The notes under the pieces were generated by a model, which was not told the origin of the DNA, did no database searches, and was given only the letters and a program-made list of their open reading frames with translations. The position numbers and the translations under genes were made by a program. Shown here piece by piece: positions 25,352 through 35,004 of a DNA stretch of 64,000 bases (its first letter is position 1; each line of letters begins with the position of its first letter). This stretch comes from Isurus oxyrinchus. Taxonomy: Eukaryota. Location of the stretch: positions 58,590,001 to 58,654,000 of the forward strand of contig JANJGN010000013.1 in NCBI GenBank assembly GCA_026770705.1, read 5' to 3'.

Positions 25352-25588
25352 TTGAAAACAAAGAAAACTGCGGATGCTGGAAATCCAAAACAAAAACAGA
25401 ATTACCTGGAAAAACTCAGCAGGTCTGGCAGCATCGGCGGAGAAGAAAAGAGTTGACGTTTCGAGTCCTCATGACCCTTCGACAGAACTGTTCTGTCGAA
25501 GGGTCATGAGGACTCGAAACGTCAACTCTTTTCTTCTCCGCCGATGCTGCCAGACCTGCTGAGTTTTTCCAGGTAATTCTGTTTTTGT
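25352..25588. mobile_element. Palindromic Penelope-like terminal fragment, 99-bp arms with 1-nt spacer
   Basis: 25390-25488 is the reverse complement of 25490-25588. Perfect TSD ATAAAATATCAGTG at 25338-25351 and 25589-25602. Same sequence as the tail of the GIY-YIG-bearing copy at 33091-33779. Confidence 0.9.
25490..25526 (+). ncRNA. Minimal type I hammerhead-like motif with variant core (mirror copy on minus strand 25452-25488)
   Basis: GTT-CTGTCGA-A-GGGTC-ATGAG-GACTC-GAAAC-GTC-AAC. Core differs from the canonical CUGANGA at A6. Confidence 0.55.
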
Positions 25589-26374
25589 ATAAAATATCAG
25601 TGCTCTAATGACACTGAGGTGTCGTCTTTTGAATGTGGCCTGTCCGGCGGACACCATGAAGCACGGCACAAACCCGATGCAACTTTTCCTCGTGTTGTGC
25701 AGTTGGTAACGTCTATAAATGAAATAATTAATGTCGCTAATTGCTTCGAGTATTATTTCTAATTGGCTGTTGCATGCGCCCTGACAAAATTATATCAAAC
25801 ATCAAGCTGCAGTTTTGCTGCACATTCACATCTCATGATTTAGTCTCAATAAAAGTCATCTTTTGTTCGCCTCATTGCCAGGGATAGTTGTTACATTTCC
25901 GATATTTCGCTTACAATCATAATGGTGCTATAAGGAAATTAAATGTCCCAGAACAAACCCCCGCGCTGTTCACTTCGGATTTGATTTGTTCCTATAATGT
26001 GATTCCATAAACTGACAAAATAATCCCAAGGCAAAGCGACTTGTCGGTGAAGCATTAAATGATTCTGGAACTCCGCTACTCTCTTGACATTTATGCGGAT
26101 CTTCCCACAATCCCGGCCAAATTTTCAACCACGGACGTCCCAAAGCACGGCACTTAATGCAAGCTGTCTTCCACCCTCTTAATAATAATGCATTACCTTA
26201 TCTTACCTCCCTTTCTGATTTTGGCCCCACACATTCCTCTGTCATCTCATTATTTCCTGTTTTAGGGATTAAATGCATCTGGCAACTCCAAAGACCCAAG
26301 GGTAAATGTTGATTTTGATTGAGTTATACATCTGTGCAATTGGCTTCAATGAACATAAAAGGTCGGTGCATTAA

Positions 26375-26615
26375 CGACACTGAGGTGTCGTCTTTTGAAT
26401 GTGGTTAAACGTTGGCCCCTTTCATATGCGGGACCAAAAAGAGATGATCTGCTCATTTATCACATTGCAGTATGTTGGTCCTTCTTGTGCTCCAATTGGC
26501 TGTCGCATTTCCCTGCAATACAGCAGTGACTACACTTCAAAAGTAATTAACTGTATATGAAGCCCTATTGAAAGCTTTGAGATCGTGAAAGGCTTAAAAC
26601 AAACGCATGTTCCTT
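26375..26615 (+). mobile_element. DeuSINE remnant in the J-C intron
   Basis: TATCACATTGC...AATTGGCTGTCGCATTTCC...CAGTGACTACACTTCAAAAGTA...CGTGAAAGGC resembles the recalled Deu domain and tail. Confidence 0.65.
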
Positions 26616-27103
26616 TTTGGTGCATGCTGTAAAACAGGCTTCAGCTACCTAGTCCCTCTTTAAAAAGGGCAACTCTGACTTTAGGGATAAAATAGTGAAT
26701 AACTACGAACAATCCGTCCCTTTAGACCTCAAACAACAATTAAATCATTGCAATACAACGGAGAAAGCGAGAAGAAGAGAATAAATCATTAATTGGGTTC
26801 GGTGAATGAATGTCGCATGGACGGTAGAGGGGAACGGTATAAATATAAAAACAAAAAATGTTGACTGTGCGTATTTGGATTAATAAAGGCTTAAGATACT
26901 GAGTAGAAGACGTTCAGCCCCTCAATCATTTCAGCAAGTTTTCGCTGCATGTAGTGCCTTCTAAGTCCATGCGCAAGTATAATTGGACATGCGCTACTTC
27001 ATAAATCTGCCGCCTGCTTTTCAATGTTTTGCACGCCATTGATTTGAAAAGGGCATTATAGATGTGCATCCTTCCTATAATATCACGACGTAAAGTTACT
27101 TAC

Positions 27104-27460
27104 CCTGAGCAGTCAGCTTGGTCCCGGTCCCAAATATATACAATTTGGAGGAGGCAACCCAAACCCCGCAGTAGTAGTTTGCCTCATCCTCCGATTGTAC
27201 CTGGCTGATGGTTAAATATCTAGCGTTGTTTGACGAGTTACTCCTTCCAGAGAAACGATCTGGAGTATCAGAGCCCTTACTCACAGTTTGAGTATTATGA
27301 TGCAGAATATATCGAGGAGCATTCTGAGATTTTTGCTGGTACCAGTCTATATCTGCGTTTCCCAAGTTGGCCCCGAACAATGTGCAGCTTATTTCGACAT
27401 TCCTTCCCAGAACAATGGAAAGCAACGGTGGTTGGTTTAATGTAAATTTCGCGTATGAGC
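27104..27460 (-). CDS. IGLV: Germline-joined VJ exon, Ig lambda-like (type II) light chain, cluster 1, intact
   Basis: Acceptor TCTTTTATAG. GSYAKFTLNQPP...ISCTLFG...WYQQK...PDRFSG...LTISQVQSEDEANYYC-GVWVASSKLYI-FGTGTKLTAQ then G|GTAAGT. No RSS between V and J; splices in frame to the C exon. Confidence 0.95.
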
Positions 27461-27573
27461 CTATAAAAGAACAAAGGCGTGAGCTTCAGACACTTTAGTC
27501 ACTATCTAAAACTGCAATAAAGCGTTACTCACAGCAAACACATCCTGGGACGAAACGTTGGCAAATGATTTAC

Positions 27574-27622
27574 CTGACAACAGAAATATCAGCACGGTGA
27601 CAACATTGAACCACACAGACAT
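27574..27622 (-). CDS. Leader exon of cluster 1
   Basis: 49 nt, MSVWFNVVTVLIFLLS+G, donor GTAAAT, phase 1 matching the VJ exon. Confidence 0.9.
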
Positions 27623-27748
27623 CGTGTAGACTGAAATGAGAGCAAAAATACGGATTCAGGTATCCAGATGAAACGAGTGAATTATCTGCCTCCAGATGTC
27701 TATTTATCAACAGTGTGAACGAGGCGTTACCTTGTATGATCTGTATGT

Positions 27749-27756
27749 ATGCAAAT
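27749..27756 (-). promoter_or_regulatory. Ig promoter octamer ATTTGCAT (light-chain orientation)
   Basis: About 127 bp upstream of the ATG; TATA-like ATAAATA near 27701-27707. Confidence 0.85.
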
Positions 27757-28999
27757 CCTTCCTGCAATTGCAAAACTCAGTTGGACCATCTAAACTAAGT
27801 AATATGCAGCCTGCTGTGCCAGGAAGGTTACTTGTCTTCCAGAGACAAGAGCACTGAACCATCAACAGCATGGAGCTTTCCGAAATTGATGATACTGATT
27901 ATTCAACATTATAGCTTCTATTATGACAAATTGGCTTTTATCTACCTTTAGTAAAATGAATTGTCGCACTACTAATGCATAGATACATTTGTAATCAGAG
28001 TCGAATGTATTAATTCCAGCTCATTAAGTGCCGCTAATTTTGTATTTACTAAAAGGTATAAATAAGATCGCCCTATTTTGTTATCTAGAGTTTCGATTAC
28101 TATTAAGAATATAACGGGACAAGGTGAAGGGCGGTGGCCCATAGTGCTGTACTAGTTGAAACTCTTGTGATCCATTCTGCAGAGCCAGGACAATTATAAT
28201 GAAAGCAAATAAAAGGCATTTGATTTTTGTTGCGGGAGAGGATTGAATCCACACTTACAGAGCAGTTGTGGGTTCCATTCTCCAGTTAAAAGTCAAATTA
28301 CATTCTACACTGGCGCATGTGCCTAAACAGAACCAATATAAATTAGAAAATTATTTTCGTTTTCACTTGAAATTACATGGTGCTTTAGGTATGTATGATG
28401 AATTTACTGTACTTGGCATAACTCCCAGTCGGTTACCATGCCAGTTGTTTTGATGACTTGACGTGGTTGAGGCTGTGAACTGAAAACTCTACAACGCTTC
28501 TCTCAAATGACGTGATAAAGTTTACACAGGGAGACTCACCTTCTGATGTGGAATCAGCAGGAGTCAATTAGATTTATAGGCAAGTCTTTGAATGCAGTTT
28601 TAGTCATGTGTGGATGCAAGAACTGAATCGCTTCCTACAGCATTTGAGTGTTGTAGAGAGCGAAACAGGTAGTGGGTGAAATCGATGGAAATAAAATCAG
28701 GTGAAATGTAAAATGGATTCTCGATTCCCTACAACTCTTGTTACATTATCACAGAGACAAAATTGCCTCCAATGAGTTCACACATCTATTGATTACCACA
28801 TTCTATTATCTTGCAAATGCTGCATAGTTCGATAGAATAGTTCAAAGATCCACTGGTATAGACCTTGCATCGCCACCGTAAGGATAGTTTCTCAGGGTAT
28901 TTAAAATTACTTCGTGGTTGTGTTACAAGTTTGTTCGATGTCTCAACGATGAGACCTTGAGACTTATCTGTTTAAACATGAACCATTCATTGTTATCTT

Positions 29000-29270
29000 T
29001 TTCATTCATTTACAGGATGTAAGTGTTGCTGGCTAGGCCAGCATTTATTGCGCATCCCTAATTGCCCTTGAGAAGATGGTGGTGAGCTTCTTGAACCACT
29101 GCAGTCCATGTGGTGGACTGCACCCACGGTGCTGTTAGGAAGGGAGTTCCAGGATTTTGACCCAGTGACGGCGAATAAGTGGTGATATATTTCCATGTCA
29201 GGATGGTGAGTCGCTTGGAGGGGAACTTCCAGGTGGTGGAGTTCCCAGTATCTGCTGCCCTTGCCCTTCT
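29000..29270 (-). mobile_element. 5'-truncated HER1-like LINE 3' end inserted in the left LTR
   Basis: TGSKSWNSLPNSTVG and AHHHLLKGN-stop. Absent from the right LTR. Tail shared with the SINE at 62676. Confidence 0.8.
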
Positions 29271-29949
29271 AATCTTTAACAATTATGGATGCCAGTTAAG
29301 GACATGCATGTTGCTGCTACCAACTGTCACCAGTTGCTTCTGGAATGTTCTCTCGCAGTCTAATACCGTGTGACTCCATACATCATAAGTGGGCAGTGCT
29401 ATTCTCCAGTCATACGTTAACCCTTGCTCTGCTGGGCACCTTTACATTACAATGGCATGCAGGCACAGTTAACATCATACAGCTTCCCTCTTTCTTCTCA
29501 AAAGAAAACTTTCCTCCTTCCAACAGAATATAACTAATTATGAGACAATCTTTACTTACTATCCCTTCTCCCCTGCTCAACTTTCTGACGTTATAAATTT
29601 CAGATTGTCTTGAGGCTCAGCAGTTCTTCCACGTCTTGGTCTGTCATGTTTAAGGAAAGGTAGTTGTACTATGTGTTTCTTGGTTATCTCCATTTGATTC
29701 ACTTTTAAAAAATCTCCTTCGAGTTGTATTTCTCTTTTTTAACAACCCATCTGCTTTTTCTGGACACCCTGGGCTTGTCCTGCTCCTTCTTTGGGGAATG
29801 TATATTCCATGCATTGCTAGAGTGGATTCGAATTTTCTTTTTCTGTGATGTCTGCCATGTTCTCACTGGGTGTATACATTTCATAAATGTAACATTCATT
29901 CCAGCTTGTTTCACAATTTCAGCCAAACCTTTTTTGCTGTTTTATTTTC

Positions 29950-31310
29950 AGGTCATTTTCAAGCTTATCTATATTTTCATTCAGGCCACTGGTTCTTAAA
30001 ATATCTGAGACATCCAATGTTTTTTCTTCTCCTATTTCCTTGTGTTTCAGTGTTGGGTTTAGATTTTCTGACCTCATTTCTGTCTTTTTTCTGTCTGCAG
30101 CAAAGCTTTGTCCTTCCCTTTCATTTTGGTTTCAATGTTGGTCAAGTCGTCCTCAGTGAAGTCAGTGAAGTCTTAACTTGTTTCAGCTATGTAATTTTTC
30201 TACTGACGGCTTCATTATCCTAGCTTGGAAAGCTTTATGGCTTTTCCTTTCCATGCTTCCTCTTTTTCATTCAACTGCTTTGTCAGATCTTCAGTCTGTT
30301 TCTTGTAGCATTTGGCTTCTTCCTGGAACATGAAGCATTGCTGTGCTTTCTCTGCCAACTGGTTCTTCAGTTTATTTAGAGTGCTCATAAATTCATGTTG
30401 CTTCTCTTTGATATTTTACAGTGAATAAACTTTATCCTGAGGGATTCCCATAGTGAAGGTTTTTTAACAGGTTTTTCTTTACTTTGCAAAGCTCGCTTTC
30501 TTCATTTTGAGCTTCCCTGTAATTCAGTATAAAGTTTCCTCGAGTTTCTTCAGTTGTTCTTCCATTCTGCTGTTTAAGACAGTCTTCATTTCTACTTGTT
30601 TCTGAATGGTTACGCATTCCTTTTGCATTTTATCTTGAAGGACAATCAACTGTTCTTTCAACTGTTTATTTTCATGTTGACCTCGTGCCAACTTACTCTG
30701 GGCTTCAGTGCATTGTTTCATAGCTACTGATAGTTCCAATACAGCTTTTTCTGAAATAATATTCAACATCCTTTTTAGTTCCTCGTGTTTTTCCATGGCT
30801 GCATATTAACTCTGCAAAGAGTCTTTCAGGGTTGCAGCTTCTCTTCGTGCCTTTTCTGCTGGCTGTTTAACCTGGTTGAGTTTTCCCAACTCTCGCTTTG
30901 ATTTGCCAACTGTGGATTTGAGGGTCATTATTTCTTCCTGATACCTTTGTATCTTCTCTGAAATTTGTTTGCTCCGATCTCAAACAGTTTGTTTCAATGA
31001 AGACTTCAGGTTGTCATGCATTTTCAAAGGTATATACTCAGCCTGAATCCTTTCACTTCAATTTTTCCAGTTCAGCTCTGATGCAAACATTTCCTGTAGA
31101 ACAGCTTTATTTAATTTTTGCACATTTTGCTTCTTTTGTCTTACCTGAGATAGCTTTCCTTCATTCACGGCCACCTGCTCACTCCACACTTAAAATCTGC
31201 TGTTTCAGGCTGGGAACTGTGTCAACATTTAAAAAAAACTCCATTTCTAAGCTTTTTGACAACTTTTCAGCCATTTCTTTCTTCTGCACTAAACTCTTCG
31301 GCTCATGCAT
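29950..31310 (-). pseudogene. Decayed coiled-coil reading frame resembling the UACA/RAI14/ANKRD24 family
   Basis: One frame from 31048 to 30524: IQAEYIPLKMHDNLKSSL...YQEEIMTLKS...LQS*YAAMEKHEELKRML...HENKQLKEQLIVLQ. Family assignment is from recalled protein sequence; outer boundaries are approximate. Confidence 0.6.
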
Positions 31311-33090
31311 TTCATTGCCCCTACGTAGTCAGCAACTGTCTTATGGTTTACTTGAATATTTTCTCCCATGCTCTGGGGCCTTTTGCTGCCCTCACTCTGG
31401 GGTCTTCTGTTGCCCTCAGCATTTTCTTGGGAGTTTCCCTCTCTCTGGGACGTCTTGCTGTCCTCTGCATTATTGTAAGTGTGCTAGACTTCCTCCTAGG
31501 GTCTACAGTCTCTATAACTTGGAGTTTAAGATATCTGTTAAAGCCTTTTAATATCTCACCAATGTAGTTGAGTATTGATCTATATGTTGGACGTGGAGTA
31601 TTCATCAGCAAATGAACAAAAGATGAATAAAAAGTTGTCAACTTCTACTTCTACTTAATGTTGTAAATCTGCTGTAAACTAAAAATTGTCTTCTCCAAGA
31701 ATTCCACTCTTTGGTCTGGCTTAGCGCTTTCCCTAGTCAAAATGCACCTCACTCTTATAAGTTGCGGTCCATGGCTGTTTTTTTTCCCTTGTAGTTACAG
31801 CTATAAATGTTATTGTCCCTTTGAGGCAATGTGTGCAGTACCTGATTTCTTTAACTCAGTAATCTTCTTTTTACTCAGGCTGCCCCTTCAGCTGCTTTTT
31901 TGTGTGATTTTTCCCGCACTTTTTGGGGCCTTTTTAACTTTTAAACTTTCAAGGCTGTTAACTCTGCAGAAGTTTTTTTCCTTTAAGAATATGCCTGGGG
32001 ACCCAACTGAAAAGGGTTCTTTTTCCAAAACTGGCAGGGCTTTTTTTTTTTACTCTTTTTTTTAATCTTCAGAGCAGCATAAAATCGTTTTTTTTTAACA
32101 GGAAAACTATTTTTTCTGGCTGAAATGGGTTCACTCACAATCATGGGACGTTTTATTTTTTTTTAAATTAAAACTGCAGCAACTCTCTCTTCCGAACTGC
32201 AAAATAAATTTCAGGACGATTCTTCTTTCTTAAACTCTGCAGGTCTCCTTTTTTAATCTGCAGCATCTTCTTTTGCTCTGCCTGCCTTTTCTCTGCAGTT
32301 TAAAAAAATTGCAGCTGCCTTCCAGCTTCTCTATGGATATGCTGAGCCATGGGACTGCCGCCTATTTTATAGTGTAATTACAATTTTTTTTTATCATTTC
32401 TGCTCACCTGCCTCATGAACTGTCCCGTATTCTTCACACTGCATCAGTTAAGGGACTTGCAATTTTGTAGTTTTGCACATTGTCTTCTGATCTAACTAAA
32501 TAGCTTAACTCAGCGTTACTCATGGCCTTGTCAAGTTTTTTGTAGTGTTGCTCATCCGTCTTGTGATCTAAGCATTTTTTTAAACCTTTCCAGGGTCTCA
32601 CAATGGACTTCCACTCAGTCTGGGGGATTCATCAACTTCTAAGCCTGTAGTGAAGCTTCTTCAACTGCTTGTTTAATATTCTTTCTTAGGTGCAAGTCTC
32701 TAGATAGGATTCAGCTGCTTTTAGTTTTTTGTATCTTGGGATCCTGTTCTGGGTTTGTGATTTAAAATGCTACCTTTGTCATCACTGCTGATCACCATGT
32801 TGTGTTATGGGTTGTTCGATGTCCCAATGATGAGATATTGAGACTTAATGTTGAAACATGAACCATTCATTCTTAATCTTTAACTGTTTACAGATCCCAT
32901 TTAATGGCATGCATGGTGCTGCTGCCAACTGTCACCAGCTGCTTCTAGAATGTTGTCTCTGCGTCTAATACCGTGTGACTATATACATCATACAGTGGGC
33001 ACTGCTATTCTTAAGTGACACGTTAATCCTTGCTCTGTCGAACACTTTTTCATTGCAATGGTATGCAGGCACATACAACATCATACAACA

Positions 33091-33779
33091 AGAATGACCC
33101 AAACCTCCCTGTCGCTTGCCATTTTAACACTCCACCCTGCTCTCTTACCCACATGTCTGTCCTTGGCTTGCTGCATTGTTCCAGTGAAGCCCAACGTAAA
33201 CTGGAGGAACAACACCTCATCTTCCGACTAGGCACTTTACAGCCTTCCAGACTGAATATTGAATTCAACAACTTTAAGTCGTGAGCTCCCTCCCCCATCC
33301 CCACCCCCTTTCTGTTTCCCCCTTCCTTTTTTTTCCAATAAATTATAAAGATTTTACTTTTCCCACACCCCCACTAGAGCTATACCTTGAGTGCCCTACC
33401 ATCCATTCTTAATTAGCACATTCATTTAGATAATATCACCAACTTTAACTTTAACACCTATGTGTTCTTTTGTACCATTGTTGTCGACATCTTTTGATGA
33501 TCTGCTTCTATCACTGCTTCTTTGTCCCTACAACCACACCCACCCCCCCACCTCTCTCTCTCTCTCTCTCCGCCCCCCGCACACACACCTTAAACCAGCT
33601 TATATTTCAACTCTTTCTTGGACTCGAACTCAAGTTCTGTCGAAGGGTCATGAGGACTTGAAATGTCAACTCTTTTCTTCTCCGCCGATGCTGCCAGACC
33701 TGCTGAGTTTTTCCAGGTAATTCTGTTTTTGTTTTTATTTTTGTTTTGGATTTCCAGCATCCGCAGTTTTTTTGTTTTT
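33091..33779 (+). mobile_element. 5'-truncated Penelope-like element (GIY-YIG C terminus, 3' UTR, hammerhead-bearing tail)
   Basis: PVACHFN...RKLEEQHLIFRLGTLQPSRLNIEF, stop at 33284. TSD ATCATACAACA at 33080-33090 and 33780-33790. Confidence 0.9.
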
Positions 33780-33925
33780 ATCATACAACAGGTTGTGTCT
33801 CTCCCTACCTTGTCCCACCATTGCTAAGCTTCAGACGCTGAAGTAGTGCCCTGTGAGAGATTGATGTTACTTCAAAAAGTATTCTTGGGCACTATTTCAT
33901 TATTTTGTAAAGAAGGCTGGGTATC

Positions 33926-33959
<34 letters not shown>

Positions 33960-35004
33960 AATGTTTTCATTTACGCTGGACAGACGTTACTAGGAGACAA
34001 GTTGTCTGCAGAGTTTAAAACATGAAAGGAGAGAGGCGTCAGGTTTGAGGTGCAAGTGAATAGGTTGGATCTAATATTTGTATTTTTAGATAAGTTGAGA
34101 GTTTGTTTGAATATCAAAGGGAAGCCAGAGACAAGAAGAAACATGTTTGCATCTTGTAGGACTTCCAATGGTAAACAAAAGAGGGTATATTACACTTTAT
34201 TGACCCGAAAGCAAAGGAAAAGATTGAAACTTAAATCCTTCTAAGTATGAAATCTTCCATGTATCAAAGAGGTGTCAGAACAATAGAACTTGAAGTTAAA
34301 GGAAAAAAAGGTATTTTAGTGTTATTGTGGAGAGATTAGGAGCTGAGCAGTGAGATGCAGCTGTTATCTGTAGCTCTAGGCTGCGAGAAGCTGCAATTTG
34401 AATCAGCCATCCAGTCAAGCCAGCGAAGCCTTGGGCTGCAACAAACAGTCTTGTTCTGAAGTCTTGGATTTTCACAGCAGAGTGGAAGAGAGTTAGAGGT
34501 CATGTGATAAGTCTTTATTAAAGCTATAGCAGTTTGTCGAGGGTAACATTACTGGAATTTTATGGTTAAACATTTATAAGCGAGTGTTGTGGATCTGACC
34601 AAATAGGTAGTCATAGGGAATATTTTGTTAGACTAATTTTAACTGTGTAACTGTAACCTTTTGTGCTTAAGTTTTTTCTTACTTGTTGATAAAACTTCTA
34701 CTTTTAATTTTTAAAGTCCAAAAAGTGTCACTGGACCTCTTGCTGCTGAGATCAGCACGTCCCTTTCTCGTTTTCAGAATACAAAAAAGAAAGGGTATGA
34801 CCCATAAACCAAGTTTCCCTCTAGGATTTCATTTGCACAGCAGTTAACATCGGCCATGGTCATAACAGCTTTGGGAGCTTTTTGCTGGATTATTAAAATT
34901 TCTTGATTGGGTTGGAGCTTGTGAATCCAAGGTATATGAATACGAGAAGAACGCTGAACTCAGGAGTTTTGTGTTGAGGGGCTTAAAAGTGACTGGACTG
35001 CAAA

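Larger units (their letters stand above)
25154..26404. repeat. About 240-bp direct duplication in the J-C intron (25154-25638 including a PLE insert, and 26156-26404)
   Basis: Collinear from AATGCAAGCTGTCTT to ACACTGAGGTGTCGTCTTTTGAATGTGG. Confidence 0.9.
28915..33090 (-). mobile_element. Non-autonomous LTR retroelement with about 290-bp LTRs and a coiled-coil cargo
   Basis: Direct repeats at about 28915-29482 (with LINE insert) and 32798-33090 (TGTTGT...ACAACA). PBS-like TGGTGATCAGCAGTG just inside the right LTR and purine tract GAGAAGAAAGAGGGAA just inside the left LTR, both on minus. No gag/pol motifs seen. Confidence 0.8.

Noticed and set aside
27527-27532. Alternative GTGAGT donor in the cluster 1 leader intron
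   Set aside because: Gives a 90-nt phase 0 exon out of frame with the VJ exon; the 49-nt exon matches cluster 2.
29724-31551. Hydrophobic plus-strand ORFs suggesting membrane proteins
   Set aside because: They are the antisense of K/E/Q-rich coiled-coil codons.
33927-33957. (TG)n microsatellites here and near 40230 and 47480
   Set aside because: Ordinary components of the Gypsy LTRs.
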